Positions 8,699 through 18,817 of a stretch of DNA of 64,000 nt are shown here, one piece after another (positions within the stretch are counted from its first letter, which is position 1; every line of letters starts with the position of its first letter). Position numbers and translations under genes: made by a program. The notes beneath the pieces are model-generated. The model did no database searches and was not told the DNA's origin. It saw nothing but the letters and a program-made list of their open reading frames with translations. This DNA is from Oscillospiraceae bacterium. GTDB taxonomy: Bacteria > Bacillota > Clostridia > Oscillospirales > Oscillospiraceae. The stretch is from the NCBI GenBank assembly GCA_015067495.1, contig SVMI01000005.1, positions 41,599 to 105,598 on the forward strand. Direction: 5' to 3'.

Positions 8699-8909
8699 CT
8701 GCATCCCTCCGAAATTAGGATGCACGCAAAATTAAAGAAATCTCGTGGAAAAAACAAACAAAACATGAAGTTTGTCCACATAATCGCAATTTTGTCGAGC
8801 GTTTCATCAATGCCGCTGTCAGAATCCACGTGCTTTCCCTTGAAACAGTCACGACCGCTGCTTTATAATGCCGATGTGATGAAATGTGCGGCAAAGGGGA
8901 GCGGGACGA

Positions 8910-9605
8910 ATGAAGCGGATTTGGCAGCGTATACTGGTGATCGCAGTTGTGCTGGGCGGCGTGTTGGCGTGGCTGTTTGCGCCGGGCAGGAGTGCCGGCG
9001 AGGCAGGTGAACTGCCGCAGGAAACAATACCGACGGATACGTCTGAACCGCAGGGATTGCATTTTCCGTTCACACTTGCCAGCGGACTTGTGGTAGAGGA
9101 AATGGTCAGCTATACAGGTACATTTTATGAGGATGGCTCAGATGAGCCGGTGCGTGATGTTGCGGCACTGATGCTCTATAATCCGCAGGAGAAAACGGTG
9201 CGATTCGGCGCAGTGGCACTGGAGCAGGAGGGAAAACAGCTTTACTTTTTCGCTTACTGCCTGCCTCCGGGAGGCAGATGCCTGATCCTTGAGAAGCAGA
9301 GGAGTGCTTACCGGGAGTCGAGCGTTACAGATTGCCGGGAGCTGAGCATCCGCTGGCAGAGATATGACCTGCAAAGTGAGCAGGTGCGGTACGTGGGCTT
9401 TGGAGAGAACCTGACGGTGGTCAATCACAGCCCCCAGCGGCGTAGCATTACGGTTTGGTATAAGCACTATGACCACGAAAAAGCATGCTACCTCGGCGGT
9501 GTCGCCTATTCCGCCTATTATTTTATGGTCGCGCCCCAGGAGCAGCGTGGCTTAACCCCCTCCCACTACCATGCAGGCAGCTCCAAAGTGGTTGCTGTTG
9601 AATAA
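8910..9605 (+). CDS. Hypothetical membrane-anchored protein
   Basis: MKRIWQRILVIAVVLGGVLAWLFAPG N-terminal helix then a soluble beta-rich region; purine-rich RBS before 8910. Confidence 0.7.
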   Translation: MKRIWQRILVIAVVLGGVLAWLFAPGRSAGEAGELPQETIPTDTSEPQGLHFPFTLASGLVVEEMVSYTGTFYEDGSDEPVRDVAALMLYNPQEKTVRFGAVALEQEGKQLYFFAYCLPPGGRCLILEKQRSAYRESSVTDCRELSIRWQRYDLQSEQVRYVGFGENLTVVNHSPQRRSITVWYKHYDHEKACYLGGVAYSAYYFMVAPQEQRGLTPSHYHAGSSKVVAVE

Positions 9606-9642
9606 AACGGGTCTGCTGCATAGCACAGCAGACCCATTCTGT

Positions 9643-10476
9643 TTAGGTAGTACGGTAAGGGCAGGCGTTGTTTTCGCCGCCTTCACAGTCGCAGCCCCGG
9701 GGCGCAAATTGAGAGGCGGGGAAGGGGATGCGGGAGAACATCTCGCAGGGGTCTTCCGTAGAACCTGCGCTGTCGCAGCATTCCTTGGTGGGGATGGCGT
9801 AGTCCAGCACGGGAACGATCAGCTGGGCATCCCGCTCCAAGCGGATGATGGAGAACTGACCGAGGGTAACGTAGAGCCGACGGCGTTCGCCGGAGAGTAC
9901 CAGCTCGTCATCAAAGGTGTTAAGGATCTCACCCGGCAGCTGCAGGGCGGCTTCGTCGCGGCACTGACAGTCGCAGACATCCCGCACCTTGGAGCTGAGA
10001 ACCATGGGGTCGAGGATCTCCACCACGGCAGTGGGGCGGTTGGCATGGAAGCGACTGATGCCGTCAGGGGCGTACAGACGGGTATCGGAGCGGTAAATGT
10101 GGGCGCGGCTGTCTTCACCGCACAGAACGGCGCGCTTGGTGAACACGGCAAGACCGTAAAGTGCCGCAGGACGTGCCGTGCCAATGGTGGCGTCAGCAAG
10201 GACGCGGTAGTAGAAGGTCACGTCGATGCAGTAATGATTTTTGTCGAATGCCACGGGCTCGACGTCGATATAGGTGTAAAGCAGCTCGGCACAGCGCACC
10301 TTTGTGTTTGCTGCGGTGTCGAGAAGCGTCTGGGAGCCTCTGGTCAGATAGACCCGCAGGTCTTCGATGCAGTCCTTGTCGCGGCAGCTGTCGGTGATTT
10401 TTCGGGTGTGGATGGACATCGCCTGCTGCAGATCTTGCGGATTGCAGCGCAGAATGTCCTGACATTGTTCAGCCAT
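9643..10476 (-). CDS. Cys-rich hypothetical protein, probable spore coat/exosporium protein
   Basis: IHTRKITDSCRDKDC motif resembles the KxYDSCxxxDC of clostridial coat proteins; Cys-rich tail; GGAGG RBS. Confidence 0.6.
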   Translation of the reverse strand: MAEQCQDILRCNPQDLQQAMSIHTRKITDSCRDKDCIEDLRVYLTRGSQTLLDTAANTKVRCAELLYTYIDVEPVAFDKNHYCIDVTFYYRVLADATIGTARPAALYGLAVFTKRAVLCGEDSRAHIYRSDTRLYAPDGISRFHANRPTAVVEILDPMVLSSKVRDVCDCQCRDEAALQLPGEILNTFDDELVLSGERRRLYVTLGQFSIIRLERDAQLIVPVLDYAIPTKECCDSAGSTEDPCEMFSRIPFPASQFAPRGCDCEGGENNACPYRTT

Positions 10477-10524
10477 ATGGATACCTCCCGGTTTATAATG
10501 GAAGAAGCAAAGCGCTTACATGAC

Positions 10525-10552
10525 AGTTTATGCGCAAGCGCCCGGGAAGTGC
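10525..10552 (-). promoter_or_regulatory. Possible mother-cell sporulation (SigK-type) promoter
   Basis: Minus strand GCAC-16 nt-CATAAACT fits the AC-N16-CATANNNT consensus. Confidence 0.35.
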
Positions 10553-10670
10553 ATCCTTGCCGCGATTTCGACGGAGCAGATCCGTGATGCACGGAATATA
10601 AAAAGAAAAGTCTTGCCAAGCGGCAGCCTTTGGGTTAAAATAGAGAAAAAAGAGAAAGGATGGTGCATCG

Positions 10671-10955
10671 ATGCCCTCCAAGGAAGTCTTAGAGCAGATT
10701 GCAGAGCTTTTCAAAGCCTTTGGCGATACCACCCGTGTGCGCATCCTTTGGCTGCTGCTGCAGGAAGAACAATGCGTCGGTCAGATCGCAGATACGCTGG
10801 ACATTTCCCAGAGCGCGATATCCCATCAGCTGCGGATCTTAAAGCAGATGCACCTCATTAAAGTCCGACGGGAGGGCAAAAACGCGCTGTACTCCCTTGC
10901 GGATGACCATGTGCGAACCATTTTGCAGATGGGTCTGGAGCATGTAATGGAATAA
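10671..10955 (+). CDS. ArsR/SmtB family metal-sensing repressor
   Basis: FKAFGDTTRVRIL, SQSAISHQLRILK HTH, alpha5 metal site DDH...H..E. Confidence 0.9.
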   Translation: MPSKEVLEQIAELFKAFGDTTRVRILWLLLQEEQCVGQIADTLDISQSAISHQLRILKQMHLIKVRREGKNALYSLADDHVRTILQMGLEHVME

Positions 10956-10994
10956 AAGAACGCCGCACCCAATCGGGTGCGGCGTTTGCATACC

Positions 10995-12389
10995 TTAACT
11001 GAGCGGGACTTTTTCGGTAGAGAGAAGCTCGCCGGAATACATATCAATGTAGTAGTACCAGCCTTCGCCCTTGTACTCAAAATAGATTTCGTAATAATTC
11101 GAGCGCTCGGGGGTGTCGATGCCTTCGGTGCAATGGTAAAAACGTTTAGCGTCGTTGGGTGTAATACCATCCTCCCGTATATAGCGATTTGCGGTCGTTC
11201 TTGCGGTATACAGACCAAGTCTGCCATCTTCGGGATGGTCGCCCATTGAGCCCATGTATGTGGAGTCCAAAATGCGCAGCTCGAAAATGGTGTTGTCTTC
11301 AGTCGAAATTCTGAGGCGATAACAAAATTCCGGTTTGTAGCTGGTACTTTTTCTGTCGGTGGTCAGTAAAACTTCGTAATATGGACAGCTGATGCCGTCG
11401 GCACCGGCACTGCGTTCGTAGGCAGCTTGCAGCATTGCCGAATCCAACACCAACGGATCGTTGAGCGCAAGATCAATGGCGGTCTGCCGTGTAAGGGGGG
11501 TATCAACCGGATCTTTTGGCTTGCCGATATATTCCCGATCCACAGAGAGTATCCAACGAAAGTTATTATCATAGATTCGGTATTCATAGCGGTAATCATC
11601 TGCAATGAATCTGACAGCGTAATTGGGATAGGAGTCATAGGGGTTTAACTTAATTTCACAATCGCGAATATCGTCCTCGGTCAGATTGGAATACTCCAGA
11701 GCGGCTTTGAGAGCGGCACGTTCCGCAGCGGAATTCGCATTCGGTGGCTCGAGAGATGGCGGATCGGTTTGAACAGAGTGCTGTCCATCCCCACAGAATA
11801 AAACTTCGTAAACCTTATGATCTGTATAGAGGGTTGCGCATACGGCTTCCATGTTGCTAAACCAGTAAGCGAGGTGATCTGTATCGGACGTATCATAATA
11901 AACATTGCCGTCGGGAAGTGTCTCAGTCGGAATGGTTGATTTATCGACACATTCTTCAAACCACTGATTAAAATTGTCATAGTCGGGGAAACGAAATTCG
12001 ATCCGCAGATAAATACCTTTGTAATGTGTGAAAACGATATCTTCAGGGTCATAAGGATTGTTCAGATACCAGACGCGATTGGGGCAATCGATCCAGCCTT
12101 CAGAACCGTTGGCGAATGTGTCTTGTCCGCCAAACAGTGACCGCATCTGCGCATAAGTCATGCCTTCTTTTATATGGGTTTTGATGTTTTCCACGGTAAG
12201 CTCTATGGTTTCAGGGGCAGAAGGCTCCGTTGGTTCGCTGGAAGGCTCGGTCGGGTCTATCAGCTGAGAGGGGGCGGAGGGCTCGGTGGGCTCGGTTGGT
12301 GCATCCGCATTTTGTGCATGACATCCCGCAAAGAGGGATAGGATCACAGAAAGCAACAGGATAAAAACAAGCAATTTGGATTTATACAT
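10995..12389 (-). CDS. Lipoprotein with PTEP linker and about three PepSY-like domains
   Basis: Start at MYKSKLLVFILLLSVILSLFAGC (lipobox); helix-then-beta units ending e.g. YYEIYFEYKGEGWYYYIDMYSGELL; more AT-rich than the neighbours. Confidence 0.65.
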   Translation of the reverse strand: MYKSKLLVFILLLSVILSLFAGCHAQNADAPTEPTEPSAPSQLIDPTEPSSEPTEPSAPETIELTVENIKTHIKEGMTYAQMRSLFGGQDTFANGSEGWIDCPNRVWYLNNPYDPEDIVFTHYKGIYLRIEFRFPDYDNFNQWFEECVDKSTIPTETLPDGNVYYDTSDTDHLAYWFSNMEAVCATLYTDHKVYEVLFCGDGQHSVQTDPPSLEPPNANSAAERAALKAALEYSNLTEDDIRDCEIKLNPYDSYPNYAVRFIADDYRYEYRIYDNNFRWILSVDREYIGKPKDPVDTPLTRQTAIDLALNDPLVLDSAMLQAAYERSAGADGISCPYYEVLLTTDRKSTSYKPEFCYRLRISTEDNTIFELRILDSTYMGSMGDHPEDGRLGLYTARTTANRYIREDGITPNDAKRFYHCTEGIDTPERSNYYEIYFEYKGEGWYYYIDMYSGELLSTEKVPLS

Positions 12390-12522
12390 GATGATTCTCC
12401 TTTCGTCGTTATCAAGTTTTCCTTTCGCTATAATAATCGTCGAAAAGATTATTTTATTGCATCCGCAAAAAATTTTTATTGCAAAAACCGACAGACCTTG
12501 CAGCCTGTCGGTTTTGTGTTTT

Positions 12523-13914
12523 TTACAGTTCGCAGTTGCCCACAGTTCTGGGGAAGGAGAGGACATCGCGGATGTTGCCGATGCCCGTCAGGTACATGAC
12601 GCAACGCTCGAAGCCCAGACCGAAGCCTGCGTGGCGTGCGGAGCCGTACTTGCGCAGATCCATGTAGAAGCCGTAGTCCTCGGGGTTCATGCCCAGCTCG
12701 CGGATGCGGTTTTCCAAAATCTCGTAGTTGTCCTCACGCTGAGAGCCGCCGATGATCTCGCCGATGCCGGGAACCAGACAGTCCATGGCTGCGACGGTCT
12801 TGCCGTCGGGATTCAGCTTCATGTAGAATGCCTTGATGTCCTTGGGGTAATCGGTGACGAACACGGGACGCTTGAAGACCACCTCGGTCAGGTAGCGCTC
12901 ATGCTCGGTCTGCAGATCGCTGCCCCAGTGGACGGGGTAGTCGAACTCTGCATTGTGCTTCTCGAGGATCTCAATAGCCTCAGTATAGGTCACGCGACCG
13001 AAGTCGGAGTTGACCACGTGATTCAGCCGCTCCAGCAGACCCTTGTCGATGAAGGAGTTGAAGAACTCCATTTCCTCAGGCGCATGCTCCAGCACATAGG
13101 AGATGATGTACTTGATCATATCCTCGGCAAGCTCCATGTCGTCGGCAAGATCGGCAAAGGCAATCTCCGGCTCGATCATCCAGAACTCAGCCGCATGGCG
13201 GGTGGTGTTGGAGTTTTCGGCGCGGAAGGTAGGGCCGAAGGTGTAGATGTTGCGGAATGCCATGGCATAGGTCTCACCGTTGAGCTGACCGGAAACGGTC
13301 AGGTTGGTGGGCTTGCCGAAGAAATCCTTGCTGAAATCCACCTTTCCGTCCTCGGTCAGGGGGAGGTTGTTCAGGTCGAGGGTGGTGACCTGGAACATTT
13401 CGCCTGCACCCTCGCAGTCGGAGCCGGTGATCAGGGGCGTGTTCACATAGACGAAGTCACGATCCTGGAAGAACTGGTGGATCGCCATGGCAGCAAGACT
13501 GCGCACGCGGAAGACCGCTTGGAAGGTGTTGGTACGGGGACGCAGGTGGGTGATGGTACGCAGAAACTCCATGGAGTGACGCTTGGGCTGCAGGGGATAG
13601 TCGCCGGTGGAAGCACCTTCCACGGTGACAGAGCTTGCCTGAATTTCAAAGGGCTGCTTGGACTCGGGAGTCAGCACCACAGTACCCTTGATGATCAGTG
13701 CCGCGCCGATGTTGATCTTGGAGATCTCCTGGAAATTTTCAATGGTATCGTTGTAGACCACCTGAATGGGGGTGAAGTAAGTGCCATCGGAGAGCATGAT
13801 GAAGCCAAACTGCTTGGAAGGACGGCGGTTACGCACCCAGCCACCCACTTCGATCTCCTGACCGGCATATTTTTCGGTGTTCTTGAACAGCTCACGAACA
13901 GAAATCAGTTTCAT
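12523..13914 (-). CDS. asnS: Asparagine--tRNA ligase
   Basis: GWVRNRR OB-fold, [33 protein letters not shown] class II motifs. Confidence 0.97.
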   Translation of the reverse strand: MKLISVRELFKNTEKYAGQEIEVGGWVRNRRPSKQFGFIMLSDGTYFTPIQVVYNDTIENFQEISKINIGAALIIKGTVVLTPESKQPFEIQASSVTVEGASTGDYPLQPKRHSMEFLRTITHLRPRTNTFQAVFRVRSLAAMAIHQFFQDRDFVYVNTPLITGSDCEGAGEMFQVTTLDLNNLPLTEDGKVDFSKDFFGKPTNLTVSGQLNGETYAMAFRNIYTFGPTFRAENSNTTRHAAEFWMIEPEIAFADLADDMELAEDMIKYIISYVLEHAPEEMEFFNSFIDKGLLERLNHVVNSDFGRVTYTEAIEILEKHNAEFDYPVHWGSDLQTEHERYLTEVVFKRPVFVTDYPKDIKAFYMKLNPDGKTVAAMDCLVPGIGEIIGGSQREDNYEILENRIRELGMNPEDYGFYMDLRKYGSARHAGFGLGFERCVMYLTGIGNIRDVLSFPRTVGNCEL

Positions 13915-14022
13915 GGTAGTATCCTCTTTTCTTGCGGGAATAATAGTTAAGTATACGCCAAAAGGAAGGATTTTACAAGAGGAAAGTTGCTTTTTTGCGG
14001 CAAACTTTCGCTATTTGGGGCA

Positions 14023-15060
14023 TTATCCCCGCATGATACGCTTTTTGGCGATATTGATCGGACCTTCGGTCATATGATTGATCCATGCAAGGCTCTTGCC
14101 GCAGCCATAGGCGACACAGGAATCGGCATCGTCGGCGATGGTACAGACCACACCTGTACGATCCATCAGCAGCTTATCCATGCCCCAGATCTGGCTGCCG
14201 CCGCCGGTGAGGGTGATGCCGTTTTCGGAAATGTCGCTGACCAGCTCCGGGGAGGTCTCTTCCAGAACGGAAAGCACCTCTTCCACGATCTGACGCGCCG
14301 GACGGCGCAGGATCTCGTAAATGTCGTCGGAGTACAGCGTGACTTCACGGGGGACGCCGGTGTTGGCATCTCTGCCCTTGACAGTCATGCCGATGTTTTC
14401 GGAACGGGGATAGACAGAGCCGATCCTGATCTTGATATCCTCGGCGGTTGCCTGACCGATGATGACACCGTAATCACGGCGGACAGCCCGGGCAATGGCT
14501 TCGTCAAAGGCATTGCCTGCAACCTTCAGGGAAGAGGAGGCGGCGACACCGTTGAGGGTAAGCACAGCGACGTCCGTTGTGCCGCAGCCGATGTTGACCA
14601 CCATCTGTCCGTTGGGGCCGCGAATGTCAAGACCTGCACCCAGAGCAGCCGCCAGCGGCTCTTCGATCAGATACACACGGCGTGCGCCGGCTTCGATGGC
14701 GGCATTGATGACGGTGCGCTCTTCCACTTCCGTCACACCGCTGGGAACACTGATGACCACACGGGGCTTGGGATTGAACAGCGATGCCTTTGCTGCCTTG
14801 CGGAACAGCTCCTGCAGCATCTGCACGGTCATTTCGTGGTCAGAGATGACGCCGTCCTTCAGCGGATGCATGGCAACCACGTTGCCGGGGGTTCTGCCCA
14901 GCATATTGCGGGCGGCAGCACCCACCTGCAGGATCTTTCCTGTATTCTTGTCCACAGCAACAACGGAAGGCTCGCGTACCACGATGCCCTTTCCGTCCAC
15001 ATAAATCAAGACATTGGCAGTGCCAAGGTCTACTCCAAGGTCATGAGAAAACAGTTGCAT
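14023..15060 (-). CDS. mreB: Rod shape-determining protein, MreB/Mbl paralogue
   Basis: DLGTAN, REPSVVAV, HPLKDGVI, IEEPLAAA, LTGGGS actin-like motifs. Confidence 0.9.
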   Translation of the reverse strand: MQLFSHDLGVDLGTANVLIYVDGKGIVVREPSVVAVDKNTGKILQVGAAARNMLGRTPGNVVAMHPLKDGVISDHEMTVQMLQELFRKAAKASLFNPKPRVVISVPSGVTEVEERTVINAAIEAGARRVYLIEEPLAAALGAGLDIRGPNGQMVVNIGCGTTDVAVLTLNGVAASSSLKVAGNAFDEAIARAVRRDYGVIIGQATAEDIKIRIGSVYPRSENIGMTVKGRDANTGVPREVTLYSDDIYEILRRPARQIVEEVLSVLEETSPELVSDISENGITLTGGGSQIWGMDKLLMDRTGVVCTIADDADSCVAYGCGKSLAWINHMTEGPINIAKKRIMRG

Positions 15061-15072
15061 AGTTTCACCTAC

Positions 15073-15735
15073 TTATTTTTTAGCCTGATGCCGGGCAGCA
15101 GCCACAGCACCGCAATGAACTTCCTTTGCGCCGGCGGTCAGCAGCACGCGTGCGCATTCGCTGGCAGTAGCGCCGGTTGTTATAACATCATCGAGAAGGA
15201 GAACACGCTTGCCCTGAACCAGCTCCGGCTCGGTGACGCGGTAGACACCCAATACATTCGCCCTGCGCTGTGCGTAGCCGGTGATGCCGGACTGGGGTCG
15301 GTTGTTGCGGGTCTTTTTAAGCAGACACACGCTCTCAAGTTCCATCTCCTTGCCGACGGCGTCGGCAAGCAGCTCCACCTGATCATAGCCGCGGCGAAGT
15401 CTGCGAAGGGAGCTGATTGGCACCCATGTCATCAGGTCAAAGCCCTCGGGATGCTCCCGCTGCAGCTTCATGGCAAGATGTCTGCCATAGCCGTGGGCAT
15501 TGCTCCGGGCACCGTAAAACTTATAGCGCAGGATGCTTCTTCTTACCCAATCTTCATAATACCAAACTGCCGCCCAACTGTCAACAAATGGAAGCTTTTT
15601 CCGTGAAATCGGACATTCCGGGGCTTCGACCCTGCAGGTATGGCACAGATCCAGCTCCTCGTCATCTAAAACTTTTCGGCAGAGCAGGCATTTGGGCGGG
15701 AACAAAAGCGCGCTGATCGTATCCAGTAGCTTCAT
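15073..15735 (-). CDS. comF: ComF family protein (double zinc ribbon + PRTase)
   Basis: CxxC..CxxC, RGYDQVELLA, LLLDDVITTGAT. Confidence 0.9.
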   Translation of the reverse strand: MKLLDTISALLFPPKCLLCRKVLDDEELDLCHTCRVEAPECPISRKKLPFVDSWAAVWYYEDWVRRSILRYKFYGARSNAHGYGRHLAMKLQREHPEGFDLMTWVPISSLRRLRRGYDQVELLADAVGKEMELESVCLLKKTRNNRPQSGITGYAQRRANVLGVYRVTEPELVQGKRVLLLDDVITTGATASECARVLLTAGAKEVHCGAVAAARHQAKK

Positions 15736-17945
15736 TACACTTTCTCCTGAAGGCGCAGCTTGAGGCCGGTATAGCGTCTGCCGCGCTTGGCGTTTTCAGT
15801 CATGGCTGCGACGGTCTCTGCCCGTCCCACGATGATCAGCAGCTCTCTTGCACGGGTGATGGCAGTGTAGAGGACGCTGCGGCTGAGCAGGTATGCAGAG
15901 CCGCTCCAGCAGGAGAGGATCACCGCGCGGTATTCGCTGCCCTGACTTTTGTGGACGGTCATGGCATAGGCAGGCTCCAGCTCATTCAGCTGGGTGAAGT
16001 CGTAGTCTGCTTCCCGGTCTTCAAAGACAACGGTCATGGTCTCCATGTGGGGATCAATGGTCTTGACCGTGCCGATGTCGCCGTTGAACATGCCTGTGCC
16101 GATGGCACTGCCGTCACATTTTTTCCACTCGATGTCGTAGTTGTTGCGGATCTGCATGACCCGGTCGCCCTCGCGGAAAATAAAGTTGCCGAATTGGCGT
16201 TCCCGTTTGCCGCCGCCGGGGGGATTCAGTGCCGCCTGCAGCAGCTGATTGAGAGCTTCTGTTCCCACGCCGCCCTTGCGGGTGGGGGAGAGGACTTGGA
16301 TCTGATCCGCGGGGATGCCCATTTTCTGCGGTAGACGGGTGGTGCAAAGCCCGGTGATGGTCTGGCGCATTTCCTCTTCCGACCGGCAAGGCAGGAAGAA
16401 AAAGTCACTTTTTACATTTTTAAGGTCAGGCAGCTCGCCGTTATTGACCCGGTGGGCATTCATAACGATCAGGCTTTCCTGCGCCTGACGGAAGATCTCG
16501 GTCAAACGAACTGTCGGCAGAGCCTCGCTGCGGATCATGTCTCCGAAGGGGAAGCCGGGACCCACGGGGGGCAGCTGATCGGGGTCGCCCACCAAAATCA
16601 GACGCTTGCCTGCGGGGATCGCTTTCAAAAGAGAATGCAGGAGCAGCACATCTACCATACTCATCTCGTCGACGATGACCACATCTGCCTTCAGGGGATC
16701 GTCTTCGTCCCGCAGGAAGACCATTTCGCCGCTGCTGGGGTCGATGGTGGCTTCCAGCAGTCTGTGGATGGTTGAGGCATCCTCCCCTGTGACCTCGGTC
16801 AGTCGCTTTGCGGCGCGGCCGGTGGGTGCAGCCAAAACGCATTCCAGCTCCAGCGCGGAAAGAAGGGTGAGAAGACCCTTCAAAATCGTCGTCTTGCCGG
16901 TGCCGGGACCGCCGGTGACCAGCAAAATGCTGGAGGTCGCGCCGGCGCGGATGGCAGCTTCCTGTTGGGCGGAGTATTCGATTCCGCTTTCCCGCGCAAC
17001 ACTTTTCATCAGCCGATCCAGATGCTTCGGCTGGGGAAACTCGGTTTTAGCGGCACGGAGCAGCCGCCGTGCGATGTAGGTTTCCGCCTCATAAAGGGCA
17101 GGAAGATAATCGACCGTGATGCCGGCGAGGGTGTTGCGGATGAGCTGACCGTTTCTGACCAGTGTTTCGGTAGCTTCGTGAACGGTTTCCGTGTCCACAG
17201 ACAGCAGCTGTGCTGTGGCGGGAATGAGCTTGTCCTCCGGCAGAAAGCTGTGTCCGGCACTGAGGTTATAGTTCAGCTCAAAAAGGATGCCGGCACGGAC
17301 GCGTCGGGGGTCATCTGCAGAAACGCCCAGCTCAATGGCAAAGCGGTCCACAGCACCAAAGGGCGCATCCAGACCCGGATCGGTGAGCAAATAAGGATCG
17401 TCGTATAAAAGATCGACAGTACTCTCGCCGTAGAGCTTGTAGGTGCGGATCGCCAGCTCCGCAGGAAGCTGGTGGAAGGAGAAAAACTCCATCAGCTGAC
17501 GGATACCCACCCGCTGGCGAAACTCCTCGCCGATCGCCATTGCTTTTTCGTGGGAGATGCCGAAGACCTCGGCAAGCCGTTCCGGCTCCCGTTCCATCAC
17601 CACAAGGGTCTGGTCTCCGAAGTGCTGAACAAGACGGGCGGCGGTTTTTGGTCCGATACCCTTAATGATGCGGCTGGAGAGATAATTCAGGATCTCTGTG
17701 GCGGTCTGGGGCATCAGCCGCTCCAGAAACTCCGCTTCAAATTGGCGGCCGTGGCTGGGGTGGGTGGTCCATTTGCCCGTGACCAGCAGCCGCTCGCCTA
17801 CGGCAGGCAGCGGAATTGTGCCTACGACAGTAATGACCTGATTGCCGCCGATGCCCACGCGCAGCACCGCGTAGCCGTTGTCATAGTTCTGATAGACCAC
17901 CGCGGCGATGGTGCCTTGGATGATTTCCAGCTCCTGCTCTGTCAT
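15735..17945 (-). CDS. recD2: ATP-dependent RecD-like DNA helicase
   Basis: GGPGTGKTT, LAAPTGRAAKR, VDEMSM, GDPDQLPPVGPG, YAMTVHKSQGSE, LYTAITRA. Confidence 0.93.
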   Translation of the reverse strand: MTEQELEIIQGTIAAVVYQNYDNGYAVLRVGIGGNQVITVVGTIPLPAVGERLLVTGKWTTHPSHGRQFEAEFLERLMPQTATEILNYLSSRIIKGIGPKTAARLVQHFGDQTLVVMEREPERLAEVFGISHEKAMAIGEEFRQRVGIRQLMEFFSFHQLPAELAIRTYKLYGESTVDLLYDDPYLLTDPGLDAPFGAVDRFAIELGVSADDPRRVRAGILFELNYNLSAGHSFLPEDKLIPATAQLLSVDTETVHEATETLVRNGQLIRNTLAGITVDYLPALYEAETYIARRLLRAAKTEFPQPKHLDRLMKSVARESGIEYSAQQEAAIRAGATSSILLVTGGPGTGKTTILKGLLTLLSALELECVLAAPTGRAAKRLTEVTGEDASTIHRLLEATIDPSSGEMVFLRDEDDPLKADVVIVDEMSMVDVLLLHSLLKAIPAGKRLILVGDPDQLPPVGPGFPFGDMIRSEALPTVRLTEIFRQAQESLIVMNAHRVNNGELPDLKNVKSDFFFLPCRSEEEMRQTITGLCTTRLPQKMGIPADQIQVLSPTRKGGVGTEALNQLLQAALNPPGGGKRERQFGNFIFREGDRVMQIRNNYDIEWKKCDGSAIGTGMFNGDIGTVKTIDPHMETMTVVFEDREADYDFTQLNELEPAYAMTVHKSQGSEYRAVILSCWSGSAYLLSRSVLYTAITRARELLIIVGRAETVAAMTENAKRGRRYTGLKLRLQEKV

Positions 17946-18067
17946 CTTTCCGCCTCCTGTTCCAATGATTGTCGTTAACTTTTATTTTACTATATTTTTA
18001 CAGAAATGAAAAGAGTCTGTCTTATCTTTTTTAGAAGAAAATATACACAAAGAATTGGAAATAGACC

Positions 18068-18096
18068 TTGCCAAAAAGGGAAAAATAGGGTATACT
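18068..18096 (+). promoter_or_regulatory. Sigma-A promoter of the atp operon
   Basis: TTGCCA-17 nt-TATACT. Confidence 0.6.
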
Positions 18097-18145
18097 GAAA
18101 AAATACAATGGGAAGTGTATGGTTCGCGTGAAGGAGTGACGGAGC

Positions 18146-18400
18146 ATGAAGGAAATCACCCTGCTGACATGGCTGACCCAGCTGGGACTTTCAGTCGTCA
18201 TCCCGCTGGCAGGCTGGATTTTACTGGCACTTTGGCTGCGCAATCGGTTTGCTTTGGGGAATTGGATCATCTGGGCAGGGATCATATTGGGTATGATCAG
18301 TGCGATTCACGGTCTGATCCGTTCTCTGAAGACACTTTCTGCTTTGGCAAACGGGAAGGAAACACAGCCACCACCTGTGGCATTTAATGACCATGATTGA
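18146..18400 (+). CDS. AtpZ/AtpI-like small membrane protein (first gene of the atp operon)
   Basis: Two hydrophobic helices, TQLGLSVVIP pattern, position at the head of the operon. Confidence 0.75.
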   Translation: MKEITLLTWLTQLGLSVVIPLAGWILLALWLRNRFALGNWIIWAGIILGMISAIHGLIRSLKTLSALANGKETQPPPVAFNDHD

Positions 18401-18412
18401 CGGAGGTTACCG

Positions 18413-18817
18413 ATGGATTCGCGTAAGCTTGTATTAAAAGAAACCGCGGTTGTTGCCCTTGGACAGGCTGTGTGTGTTGGCGTGATGCTGGGTGTTTACG
18501 CACTGTTGGGACATTTGGCGCGCGCTGTACTGCTTGGCGGCATTGCCGGTGCGCTGGCGGCAGTCCTTAATTTCTTTTTTATGGCGGTCAGCGCGATGAA
18601 GGCAGCCGATAAAGCACAGGAACAGAACGTCAAGGGCGGTCAGCTGACCATGCGATTGTCCTATATCGTTCGGCTGGCGGTCTTGTTTGTTATTTTGTTT
18701 GCATTGGTTAAGAGCGGTCTTTGCGATGTACTGGCTACGGTGCTGCCGCTGCTGTTTGTAAGACCCATCCTGTTTGTAGCCGATTTTTTCAGAAAGCCGG
18801 GTGAAGTGAAGTCATGA
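18413..18817 (+). CDS. atpI: ATP synthase protein I
   Basis: Four TM helices, immediately before subunit a. Confidence 0.8.
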   Translation: MDSRKLVLKETAVVALGQAVCVGVMLGVYALLGHLARAVLLGGIAGALAAVLNFFFMAVSAMKAADKAQEQNVKGGQLTMRLSYIVRLAVLFVILFALVKSGLCDVLATVLPLLFVRPILFVADFFRKPGEVKS

